Positions 41,015 to 49,399 of a stretch of 55,465 nucleotides of DNA are shown piece by piece. The stretch is taken from IMG/VR virus record IMGVR_UViG_3300022827_000009, positions 1-55,465 of that record; one strand, 5' to 3'. This DNA comes from a virus. Lineage: Duplodnaviria; Caudoviricetes. The notes under the pieces were generated by a model. It had not been told where the DNA came from and made no database searches. It saw only the letters and a list, made by a program, of their open reading frames with translations. Positions within the stretch are counted from its first letter, which is position 1. Every line of letters begins with the position of its first letter. The position numbers and the translations under genes were made by a program.

Positions 41015-41502
41015 TAGACGAAACGAAACTACAGTCAGTACCAGGAGGGGACGAGCGTGTTCTCTATGACGACTCTGGTAATACTTACTACAAAGATCAC
41101 AAGAAGGGCATCATCCCTTGGGCAGAATTAGTTGAGGATAATCTAGAACACTCTGTAGGAAGTTTCCTTGATTTAGACCTTGAGGATGTTGGAAAGATTA
41201 TTTACGTTCGGGTTACTGAAACTGGGTATCAAAAAATCATTGGCTCTGAACGTTCAGGTAAGGCAGTTAGTGGCCAAGTTTGGGAAGACCTGGCTCCAGG
41301 ATTATCAAGGAAGAGAGCAGCTGATTTAGCTGGCGGAGGATCTCTAGCATCAACTGAGAATCTCGAAGTTCAAGAACCAGAAGCAATAGAGATTGGCTGG
41401 TATCAAGATCCTGATGGAAACTTGTATCAGTACGATGGCGACAAATGGGTTGACGGATATGTTTCCGTTGAGCTTAAAAAACAGTTAGAATATCTAGGTT
41501 AA
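41011..41502 (+). CDS. Hypothetical protein with a C-terminal GWYQ...YDG..W...LEYLG module
   Basis: ATGA overlap; shared module. Confidence 0.7.
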   Translation: MIDETKLQSVPGGDERVLYDDSGNTYYKDHKKGIIPWAELVEDNLEHSVGSFLDLDLEDVGKIIYVRVTETGYQKIIGSERSGKAVSGQVWEDLAPGLSRKRAADLAGGGSLASTENLEVQEPEAIEIGWYQDPDGNLYQYDGDKWVDGYVSVELKKQLEYLG

Positions 41503-41514
41503 AGAAAGAGAGTT

Positions 41515-41868
41515 ATGTTTAAAGAAAATGCAGGACAAATGCGTGGATTCAGAATTGCACGTGATCCAGATGGAATTCTGTTTAGTCCATTCGACTATGC
41601 AGGAACGAAGATGGGATATGTAATTACCTATGGCGAAGGTGTGCCGGCTGTGCATGACGGAACCGACTGGGTAGTTGTCATTGAGGATGAGAAGGCTTTG
41701 ACTTTTGAAGATGATCTTCAGGGACTAATCGTTCAACAAGCAACTGCTATTGCTGCTGGGATGTCTAATCCTGTGTATGCAGAGCTAGGTGCCCAGATGG
41801 GTATGTACGCTCAAGCGGAAGCAAGTGTGGCTGACCCTGCAAGTTCCGCACAAACGTTCGGAGCCTAA
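41515..41868 (+). CDS. Hypothetical protein
   Basis: ORF within the operon. Confidence 0.65.
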   Translation: MFKENAGQMRGFRIARDPDGILFSPFDYAGTKMGYVITYGEGVPAVHDGTDWVVVIEDEKALTFEDDLQGLIVQQATAIAAGMSNPVYAELGAQMGMYAQAEASVADPASSAQTFGA

Positions 41869-42360
41869 ATGTTTGAGAGTGATTTTGGCATAAGCATGGA
41901 AGAGGCGAACATGATTAACGAGGCCTATGCAATAGACCCTCGTAGTAATGATCGACGAATTTGTATCTGCGGTCACTCTGTCTCAAGGCATAGTAAAGTA
42001 GCTAATACAAATGGAATCTATGCTTGTCGACCTGGCAGACTAGATTGCCCTTGTGCATCTATGAAGCCAGTTATTATTGTCCCCAACACTAGGTACTTCA
42101 TGCGGAAAAGTCTAGGCTCCGGAGCAAAGCACGCTTTGGTTCGAGGAGTAGCTGCTGCAATTGAAGCCTCTTCACCAGAAGAGTTTGAGCAACGACGTGA
42201 GTGGTTGGTCCCGGCTGAGTGTGAAGTCTGTCAAACCCCTGCGAAATATTACCCCGTTAGGATTACTGCTCAAGGTAAACCGATAACGGATGCAGCGACA
42301 GAAATAGATCAAGGACTTTACGCATTCATGTGTGAGTTCCACAGAAACGCAACATACTAG
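41869..42360 (+). CDS. Cys/His-rich Zn-binding protein
   Basis: CICGH...H...C..CPC; CEVC...CEFH. Confidence 0.65.
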   Translation: MFESDFGISMEEANMINEAYAIDPRSNDRRICICGHSVSRHSKVANTNGIYACRPGRLDCPCASMKPVIIVPNTRYFMRKSLGSGAKHALVRGVAAAIEASSPEEFEQRREWLVPAECEVCQTPAKYYPVRITAQGKPITDAATEIDQGLYAFMCEFHRNATY

Positions 42361-42409
42361 TAAGATAAACTATGATAGTTCGCTATCCCAACATGTTAGG
42401 AAAAAAGTA

Positions 42410-42706
42410 ATGAATGTAGAATACACGTTCCTCGATAAGGTTCGACAGTTCTTTGGGCTTGGTCCAACCGCTGCCACAGCTGAGGCACTTCACGCAGAAG
42501 TAGTAGCTAAGAGAGTTGCAAGTGCAGCTGCAAAAGCACAGGTCGAAGCTGATAAAGCAAAAGCTAAGAAGCCTGCTGTAAAAAAGCCAGTAGCTTTCAA
42601 GAAAGGTGCTGTTGATGGAGATGGCGATGGACTAGTTCAAGATGGAACTCCTCACGAGCGTCCAGCTAAGAAGAAGCCAGATCCAAAAGATAAGAAAACT
42701 AAATAG
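42410..42706 (+). CDS. Lys/Ala-rich small protein with a DGDGDGLVQDGT motif
   Basis: Start set at ATG 42410. Confidence 0.6.
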   Translation: MNVEYTFLDKVRQFFGLGPTAATAEALHAEVVAKRVASAAAKAQVEADKAKAKKPAVKKPVAFKKGAVDGDGDGLVQDGTPHERPAKKKPDPKDKKTK

Positions 42707-42750
42707 CAAAAAACCTTGCGTAACTTTTTAACCTGTGGTAGGTTGATCCT

Positions 42751-42853
42751 GTTACTCAAATACGTAGTCGAAAAACCTTGGGAGAGGTATTAGGTGACTA
42801 CAGCAAAATATACCGTCTCATCATGTTATAGTGATGGGGCGGTATATTTTTTT
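42751..42853 (+). ncRNA. Candidate terminated leader or small RNA displaying a GGGAG loop
   Basis: Promoter TTGCGT-N17-TAGGTT (42716-42744); GTAGTC/GACTAC stem enclosing ACCT-TGGGAG-AGGT; 19-bp terminator hairpin at 42805-42850. Confidence 0.5.
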
Positions 42854-42862
42854 AGGAGAGGT

Positions 42863-43111
42863 ATGACAGACCTAGTCAAGATCACACTGATAGCAGATGA
42901 CCTTGGTGTCTCTGTCAAAACTATCTACAACTGGATCAGTGTTGGGAAGCTCGTCATGGTCAAGCCTGGCTTCGTTAGTCAATTAGATGCGTATGAGGTC
43001 TGGCTCCAGCAGCGTAGCCTCAAGTCAATGTTTGCAACCTCCAGAGCACGGCAAGGTATTAGAAGAGATAGCTCTGGACGATTCATTCATGTCCCTAAGA
43101 CGGGGGAGTAA
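42863..43111 (+). CDS. HTH DNA-binding protein
   Basis: AGGAG RBS; IADDLGVSVKTIYNWI..GKL; C-terminal RDSSGRF. Confidence 0.75.
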   Translation: MTDLVKITLIADDLGVSVKTIYNWISVGKLVMVKPGFVSQLDAYEVWLQQRSLKSMFATSRARQGIRRDSSGRFIHVPKTGE

Positions 43112-43231
43112 AGTGGAGGCAAATGGAGAAGTGCTTAATGAAGCATCGAAAACCCTTCGTTCACCCTCTCCCCACGCACTTATTCGTCCGAGCACTAATC
43201 AACTAACTTTTCATCAGTGTACAATAGTGCT

Positions 43232-43332
43232 ATGTTAACGGCGTGCATAACTCATAACCCGACGGATCCCTTACACTTGGTCAAGGAAACGATCCGTCCA
43301 CAGTCCTCTCCCCAGTTGGACGGGTCGTTTTC
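43232..43332 (+). promoter_or_regulatory. Candidate attenuator or small RNA with alternative helices and a C-rich loop
   Basis: TACAAT at 43220-43225. Helix GACGGATC/GATCCGTC is mutually exclusive with the terminator at 43287-43330, whose loop is CAGTCCTCTCCCCAGT. Confidence 0.5.
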
Positions 43333-43385
43333 GCTTTACCCTGGTGTTCGCCTTCAGCACAATTACTTGACTTTAAGGACAACCC

Positions 43386-44339
43386 ATGGTAGAATCTAAC
43401 GGCGAGCTGGAATACACAATAGACGACCCAGTCTCAATCCTTGCCGACTTAACCGAGCTTGGAATCGAAGAGATGGACAGGGGTGTCTGCGAAGATACGT
43501 TTGCTAACCGTAAGATCCTCCGGAAATCAAAACTCATCTGGGAGAACCTCTACTCAAACGACGGTAAGATAACCGGCCTGTTAAAAGTACGTTCAGCAGA
43601 ATCAACTCGCGAGCGCCGGATTCAATCCCTCGCTGAAAAGCGTCCAATACTTGTTACTCCCTCAGACAACAATTCAGATTACCTAACCGGCCTGGATCTA
43701 ATAGCTGAGGATGCCTCCGACTACCTCGCCCCACCGTGGGTAATAGGAGCCACCAGAAAATGGCTCAAGGAAGTAGAAGCAGGTGGACCGCCCACTGAAA
43801 AACGTCAACCGGTTCCAATGCCACACCGATGCAAAGTTATTAAGTTCGACGGGATCCGCTGTATGCTTTGGGGATCGGGACGTCTAGTAGATGACGGCAT
43901 GTGCAGAGTTCACCTTCGCACTTTAACTTCGAAGACTTCTGATGACATCGAACGGGCCCGCGATAAGTTAACCCAGGCTGCACCGTATGCTGTTGACAAA
44001 CTTGAAGAACTTATGTTGACCGCTGAATCTGAACCGGTCCAACTTAAAGCTGCAACCGAGATCCTCGACCGAGCTGGGGTTAGGGGCGGCGTGGAAATCG
44101 AAACCACCCTTAACATTGATCTGCGTCCAGCGGCTGATGTTATCCAAGAACGGTTGGCCCGTTTAACAAGCGGCGCGCTATCCGAATCGCTGCGTCTAGC
44201 AAACCAGGGAACGGACATCATTGATGCAGAAGTTGTTGAAGAGCCAAAGAAAGAAGAAGAAGAAGACCGGCCCGCAACTATTGACGAAGAATCAGAAGAG
44301 CGGCCTGCAGCAACTATTAACGCGACGGAAGAGAAGTAA
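43386..44339 (+). CDS. Possible terminase small-subunit-like protein with a Zn-binding motif
   Basis: C-x9-C-x11-C-x2-H; SEPVQLKAATEILDRAG resembles a motif seen in phage TerS-like proteins; acidic tail containing IIDAEVVE. Confidence 0.45.
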   Translation: MVESNGELEYTIDDPVSILADLTELGIEEMDRGVCEDTFANRKILRKSKLIWENLYSNDGKITGLLKVRSAESTRERRIQSLAEKRPILVTPSDNNSDYLTGLDLIAEDASDYLAPPWVIGATRKWLKEVEAGGPPTEKRQPVPMPHRCKVIKFDGIRCMLWGSGRLVDDGMCRVHLRTLTSKTSDDIERARDKLTQAAPYAVDKLEELMLTAESEPVQLKAATEILDRAGVRGGVEIETTLNIDLRPAADVIQERLARLTSGALSESLRLANQGTDIIDAEVVEEPKKEEEEDRPATIDEESEERPAATINATEEK

Positions 44340-44342
44340 CGG

Positions 44343-44636
44343 ATGACCCTGGGTAGAGACTTCACTGAAATACTCAAGACGGCGCGCGATCATTACGAGA
44401 GCATAAAAGCTGACCTCCCGAATGCTAAAGACCGCGTCGAACATATTCGCTTAAGCTCCTTAGCTCAAGAAGCACAGAACTTGGTAACCGACCTTGCTAT
44501 CTTTGAGCTAGGGTTGGTTTATTCACACACCAATAACACCGATGCTTATATTGAAGAGCGCATTGCAGTTAACGTAGAAACGGGTGAGATCCTGGACCTT
44601 CCAGAGTTCAGGTCTCCATACAATCCACGTGCTTAA
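44343..44636 (+). CDS. Hypothetical protein
   Basis: ORF within the operon. Confidence 0.6.
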   Translation: MTLGRDFTEILKTARDHYESIKADLPNAKDRVEHIRLSSLAQEAQNLVTDLAIFELGLVYSHTNNTDAYIEERIAVNVETGEILDLPEFRSPYNPRA

Positions 44637-45303
44637 AACAGAACTTGCACTCGAGGACATCAAGGCACTAGGATTTGATGTTGAAGAACTAGCGCCTCAA
44701 TTGTTTGTGATCAAGAACTTTATAACAGCAGCTGAGCTGGAATCTTTGTATGAAGAAGTAACTTCTTATTCGGAAGAAGACTGGGATCAGTTTTATTTAG
44801 CAGAGATGCGCATCCACGCTCTTGATAAGTTTGGCCGGGATGATTTAGAGAATATGCGCAGAGAAGGCCTGATTAAAATCACAAAAGGTTTTTACAACAA
44901 AGTAGCTCGGGTTCGAAACGATGAGCTGCGTTTCCGACTGGGTACCCGGCTCGAGTCTATTTACGAAATCTTAGATGAACCTCTGGAGGTCTCCGGCTTT
45001 GTGATCTTTCAACGTTTATATGAAGCTACTGAGCTGAAGTATCATTACGACCAACAGTCAGACAAGCTTGTTGCACACGCAGGCGTGCTTTATTTAAATG
45101 ATGATTACACCAAAGGTGAACTCTTCTTTCCGGGGTTGGGTATTAATGTAACTCCTGAGCCAGGATCTTTGGTGATCTTTCCAGGAACTAAAGATTTCGA
45201 GCATGGTGTTCGCCGCCTAGGTGCAGGTCCGGTTAGGTACGTCCTTCCCGCGTTCATTAAAAGTAAACACCCAGATGGATCCATGGCCGGTTGGGCAGAG
45301 TGA
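44629..45303 (+). CDS. 2OG-Fe(II) oxygenase
   Basis: HYD...YLNDDYTKGEL...HGV....GPVRY. Start set at GTG 44629. Confidence 0.85.
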   Translation: MLKTELALEDIKALGFDVEELAPQLFVIKNFITAAELESLYEEVTSYSEEDWDQFYLAEMRIHALDKFGRDDLENMRREGLIKITKGFYNKVARVRNDELRFRLGTRLESIYEILDEPLEVSGFVIFQRLYEATELKYHYDQQSDKLVAHAGVLYLNDDYTKGELFFPGLGINVTPEPGSLVIFPGTKDFEHGVRRLGAGPVRYVLPAFIKSKHPDGSMAGWAE

Positions 45304-45767
45304 GTGCTTCGTTAAAAGATGCGATCGCTAGTCAGGAAGTACTCTTCTTGCCGAACTTTTCATCAGCGCTCCCTGGGTGGCCGGTCTTCATAGATCAAAT
45401 CAATACTGCAAAGTTGCGCGGCGACGCAGATCAAAGAAGAAGTTATTACTGGCGAGCGCCGGTGCGGCCAGGTGATCCCCTTCATGCAAAGTTAGCCATC
45501 CTCCAGCAGGCACTTACTGCTGAACTTAATATGGACGTTCGTCCCATCAATGCATATGTCAACATTGCTGTTGGAGAAGAGATCTGGCCAGCGCACGGGG
45601 ATCCGGAAGATTCATTGTTCGTTCTTTGCGAGGGTTCAGTTACTTGGTTCCTGGATGACGCGGAGTACACTTTGCACCAAGGCGATGCGATCTTCTTCCC
45701 GTCGATGACCAACCATGAGGTTAGAGCTCTCACCCCTCGCGCTGCATTCATTTTTGCTGTAGGATAG
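45300..45767 (+). CDS. JmjC/cupin-type oxygenase-like protein
   Basis: NAYV...HGD...CEGSVTW...GDAIFFP...HEV; GTGA overlap. Confidence 0.7.
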   Translation: MSASLKDAIASQEVLFLPNFSSALPGWPVFIDQINTAKLRGDADQRRSYYWRAPVRPGDPLHAKLAILQQALTAELNMDVRPINAYVNIAVGEEIWPAHGDPEDSLFVLCEGSVTWFLDDAEYTLHQGDAIFFPSMTNHEVRALTPRAAFIFAVG

Positions 45768-45771
45768 GTTT

Positions 45772-46614
45772 ATGTTTCGTAAACGTCCGAACCCAGGTGC
45801 TGCAGCTGCTCTTCTTGTGAAGACTGCGCAGAAGTACTTGGGTTACACATCAGACCTAGGTGGGAAAAATATCTTTGGCCAGAAAGTCGGATATGATTCT
45901 CAACCATGGGCCGGTTCATTCGTTGAAGTTTGCCTGAGGGAGGCCGGCCTGAGGGGCCCGTCATTTGTTTACACTCCAGCGGCGCTCGCTGATTATATTA
46001 GATCCGGTAACTTTTCACGAGAGCCGCGGCCTGGATCAATTGCTCTCTTCAACTTTTCATCAAACACTGGACATGCAGCGGACCCATTTGGGATGATGCA
46101 TTGCGGCGTGGTTACTGATATACGTGAGTTTGAATCAAGCGGCCGGTTCATAACCATCGAAGGCAACACTGAAGGCACAACAACTTTTAGTAAGCGGGAC
46201 GGCGTGCACCAAAAGGTTCGTTCAATCAATGACGTGGTCATCTTCTGTCACCCAGCAGCGGCTGGTACTTTTAACGGCTCGTTGCTTCGCCTCCTGGATC
46301 AGGGCCGCACCAAGTTTAACGGCGAGGATTTAGATGACATTGCTGCAGCGGCGAGCAATCCTAAACCTCTTGTGCTGAAGTCCGCCGTCAAGCACGGTGA
46401 CCGTAGTAAGAAGCTTGAGATCATACAGCTAGCGCTAGCAACAGTAACGGACCTGCGTGGAGCTGCATTAGGGACCTGGGATCCAGTTACATCAGCGGCG
46501 TGCTCAAGATATCAACGGACCATGGGCTATGTCGGGAAAGACGTTACTGGGTTACCCACTCTAACAACATTGAGACGGCTAGCTAAAGAGACAGGCCTGT
46601 TTACAGTTGATTGA
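45772..46614 (+). CDS. CHAP-like domain plus peptidoglycan-binding-like domain; canonical Cys apparently replaced
   Basis: AQKYLGY, PWAGSFV (canonical PWCxxFV), HCGVV and TIEGNT; C-terminal YQR.MG...TG.P...T. Confidence 0.7.
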   Translation: MFRKRPNPGAAAALLVKTAQKYLGYTSDLGGKNIFGQKVGYDSQPWAGSFVEVCLREAGLRGPSFVYTPAALADYIRSGNFSREPRPGSIALFNFSSNTGHAADPFGMMHCGVVTDIREFESSGRFITIEGNTEGTTTFSKRDGVHQKVRSINDVVIFCHPAAAGTFNGSLLRLLDQGRTKFNGEDLDDIAAAASNPKPLVLKSAVKHGDRSKKLEIIQLALATVTDLRGAALGTWDPVTSAACSRYQRTMGYVGKDVTGLPTLTTLRRLAKETGLFTVD

Positions 46615-46789
46615 TGATCTGACTCAACGGCCTGGACATCAATACCCAGAGAGTGACGTCCCTGTGATGTTAACCGTCTACACCAAGTGCCCACAGAAAT
46701 GGATACTGGTAGACAGGGAGACGGGTCAGTCCTACGAAGGAAACAACCCAGGTAAATGGAACAAGCTTAAGGAGCACACCGATGACTAA
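46607..46789 (+). CDS. Hypothetical small protein
   Basis: TKCPQKWILVDRETGQSY.G. Confidence 0.6.
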   Translation: MIDDLTQRPGHQYPESDVPVMLTVYTKCPQKWILVDRETGQSYEGNNPGKWNKLKEHTDD

Positions 46790-47120
46790 AGAATTTGATC
46801 TCAACAATTACCAGTACACTGAAGACCACATAACTTTTGACCAGTTCTTGGGGTACCGGCCGATCAAGAATCCATTTGCTCCTGAGGACGCAGCTTTTAG
46901 TGGAACCCTCTTTCTCCATCAGGATGAGGAGTGGCAGCATATTGTTTCATTGTCCGCGGCCAGCCTCTGGACTTTGTACGAAGAAGAAGGCGTGATCAAA
47001 ATCCGCAATGGATATCAAGTCAATGGCCGGCTCGGCTACTTTCACTGCGAGCAAATGCACAATGCCCATGGGACCATCATTGTTACAAGTGGCATCCCAA
47101 CAGCTGGGTTGACCCAGTAA
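46782..47120 (+). CDS. Hypothetical phage protein
   Basis: AAGGAG RBS; YRPIKN...WT...G...NGRLGYF. Confidence 0.65.
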   Translation: MTKEFDLNNYQYTEDHITFDQFLGYRPIKNPFAPEDAAFSGTLFLHQDEEWQHIVSLSAASLWTLYEEEGVIKIRNGYQVNGRLGYFHCEQMHNAHGTIIVTSGIPTAGLTQ

Positions 47121-47139
47121 CTTTTAACGAAGAGTAAAA

Positions 47140-47159
47140 GGCCAGGCCAGGCCAGGCCA
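47140..47159. repeat. (GGCCA)4 tandem repeat
   Basis: Read directly; intergenic. Confidence 0.85.
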
Positions 47160-47285
47160 AAATTGGCCTACACTTTTCACGGCGCGTTAATCAAACCGGA
47201 TGACGGGCGCGGCTGTAAATACCTGCACCAACAAAACTAACGAACGCTATCTTTTTCACGGAGCGGCGTGCTAAGATATAGTTAA

Positions 47286-47351
47286 GATCCTGGGTAGGTG
47301 CAAGCTAGCTAACGTCATTGCGATGTGGCTATGAACTAGCTGCCCAGGGTC
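47286..47351 (+). ncRNA. Candidate structured small RNA
   Basis: TGCTAAGAT -10 at 47269-47277; 12-bp closing stem GATCCTGGGTAG/CTGCCCAGGGTC with G-U pairs; inner TAGCT..ACGTC/GATGT.GGCTA hairpin. Confidence 0.45.
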
Positions 47352-47502
47352 GTTCTTTCTTCCTGGATGACACACGGTTTTTACCTTCTAACGGAGCATG
47401 CAAAGAAGAGATCCGATCGCACTCCTCCAGCTTGTGCAGCTATAGTTGCGTTTTCTCCATCTGGGTGTTATAGTTCTACTAACACAACAAAGGGAGAGAT
47501 AC

Positions 47503-47685
47503 ATGATAAAAGAATTCGTAAGCTGCGAACACAACCCGAAGCAGACAGTTACTGACGGGATCTATATCTGCACCTACTGCTTCAGGCAATTGCGACCTTG
47601 CGGCAGCTGCTACACAATTGAGCTGACCAACAACAGGACCAACTACGGCTGCTTCGACTGCGCTCCAGAAATGATGGTCGACTAG
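47503..47685 (+). CDS. Small Zn-finger protein (early-type)
   Basis: AAAGGGAGA RBS; CEH...CTYC...CGSC...CFDC. Confidence 0.65.
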   Translation: MIKEFVSCEHNPKQTVTDGIYICTYCFRQLRPCGSCYTIELTNNRTNYGCFDCAPEMMVD

Positions 47686-47850
47686 ATGGTGCCCTGCCCC
47701 TGCGATGACTATAAGAAATTTAAATGCATGGACTGCAGATAACTGCGGGGGTTTTCCTTTTTCCGACACGATAAAAATTAGTTTGCAAATGTGCTTGCTA
47801 TTTTTGCAGGGAGATGCTATACTATCTACACGAACGATGAAAGGGACAAA

Positions 47851-48084
47851 ATGCAAGAGCGAGTTACTTGGGTTGATTACAGTTGGAAAGACTCAGAGGT
47901 ACCTGGAGACACAAAGGCACAAGTTGTGATTCTGAACGACAGCAACAAGTATGAGCAGATGTCTGCGGACGAGACCTTCGATGAGCGTATCTGGTTCTAC
48001 TTCCAAGACGAAGCAGAGTTTCAGCGTGCCTTTGATACAAGCAATGACGAGTTTGAGTTTGTAATTACCAGAGAGGAAAACTAA
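47851..48084 (+). CDS. Small acidic early-type protein
   Basis: TGCTATACT -10 and GAAAGGGA RBS; start set at 47851. Confidence 0.7.
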   Translation: MQERVTWVDYSWKDSEVPGDTKAQVVILNDSNKYEQMSADETFDERIWFYFQDEAEFQRAFDTSNDEFEFVITREEN

Positions 48085-48275
48085 TGAGCAAGGTTATTAG
48101 AGCAAGCATTGTTTTTGAATACTTGGTGGATGGGGATGAAGTCCTAAGTGAACTTACACCCGAAGAACAAATTGAGTATGTCAAAGAAAATGTCGTAGAA
48201 GACATAATGTCTATGGGTTTTGGGAATTCTGATTCCTTACTAGCCGCAATTGAAATCAAAGTGCTAGAGGCATAG
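48084..48275 (+). CDS. Small acidic early-type protein
   Basis: GAGG RBS; TAATG coupling. Confidence 0.65.
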   Translation: MSKVIRASIVFEYLVDGDEVLSELTPEEQIEYVKENVVEDIMSMGFGNSDSLLAAIEIKVLEA

Positions 48276-48322
48276 AAAACTAGTTAGAGAGGGTAAAAAT
48301 GAACGCGCGCCTAGTAAATCGC

Positions 48323-48351
48323 TTGACTAATTAGCGGCTTGCTGCTACTGT
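48323..48351 (+). promoter_or_regulatory. SigA-type early promoter
   Basis: TTGACT-N17-TACTGT with extended TGC. Confidence 0.7.
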
Positions 48352-48379
48352 TGAACTACTAACGAAAGGGAGAAACAAA

Positions 48380-48865
48380 ATGGGATTAGACATGACATTA
48401 TCAGGCAAGCGCTATGTCCGAGGATATGAAGGCTCACCAGAGTCTGAGCAAAAGCTTTACAAAGATACTATGGAGTCACTAGGCCTGACCGGCTTGGGTG
48501 AAGGAACTCATATGTATGTGACGTTCACCGCTATGGACTGGCGTAAATGTTCCGCTGTCCACAACTGGTTCGTTGTAAATGTCCAGGACGGCGAGGACGA
48601 TTGCGGTAGTTACGGAGTGAGCCGTGAGCAAATCGGCGAGCTGATAGACCTATGCGAACGGGTTGCCAAGTCTGGAGACCCAGAGTATGCAGAGGAACAC
48701 TTACCGACGTCTATGGGCTCCTTCTTTGGGTCGACGGAGTATGACGAGTATTACTTCGAACAAATTGACGAGACGGCGAGACGGCTTGCAGAGATACTCA
48801 CACAGCTACCTGAGACCCCAGACTTCTTCACAAACGTCAGACTTGAGTATTCCTCTAGCTGGTAA
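48380..48865 (+). CDS. Conserved phage protein (MGLDM...WRK..AVHNWF...YSSSW type)
   Basis: Recognisable motifs; AAAGGGAGA RBS. Confidence 0.75.
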   Translation: MGLDMTLSGKRYVRGYEGSPESEQKLYKDTMESLGLTGLGEGTHMYVTFTAMDWRKCSAVHNWFVVNVQDGEDDCGSYGVSREQIGELIDLCERVAKSGDPEYAEEHLPTSMGSFFGSTEYDEYYFEQIDETARRLAEILTQLPETPDFFTNVRLEYSSSW

Positions 48866-48934
48866 TAACGGCGTGCAGTTCTTGCGGCGAGCGCCGTCCA
48901 AATAACAGGACGGCGTGCGCTGTATCCTATACTG

Positions 48935-49231
48935 ATGCGCTCACTAGAAGTCCACGTATTTGAAATTGAGACCGATCTCGATCACGCTCTGCGTTCAGGG
49001 ATTGCGTTGCCAGAGCAGTTAGCAATGACGGAGTGTCGCGAATGCGATCTAACTACTGGGATCTGCGATGGAGACTTTGAACCGTTCGTTGTAGTGATTG
49101 ACGAAAATGATCAAGACTGGATCCTCTGCACCGATTGCGCCAGCGCAATATTGGACTATGTCGATACCTACTTCCCTCCAGTGACTCGAAGTCACTTTGT
49201 TGTGGATGATGAAGAGTACGAACCACTCTAA
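48935..49231 (+). CDS. Small acidic Zn-ribbon protein
   Basis: CREC...CTDC; TATCCT-N6-ATG. Confidence 0.65.
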   Translation: MRSLEVHVFEIETDLDHALRSGIALPEQLAMTECRECDLTTGICDGDFEPFVVVIDENDQDWILCTDCASAILDYVDTYFPPVTRSHFVVDDEEYEPL

Positions 49232-49399
49232 GTATTCATTTTTTCTGGCTTTCTCTCTTCTTTGTTATTTGCTACTGTTTAGTTAGCAACAAATGAAAGC
49301 TAACTACCAATAAATGAAAGAGAACCAATTTCCAAAAAATAGGTTACTTTTTCCTTGCAAGTGTGCTACTGTTGACTCAACACCAAAAAAGGAGAGAGA

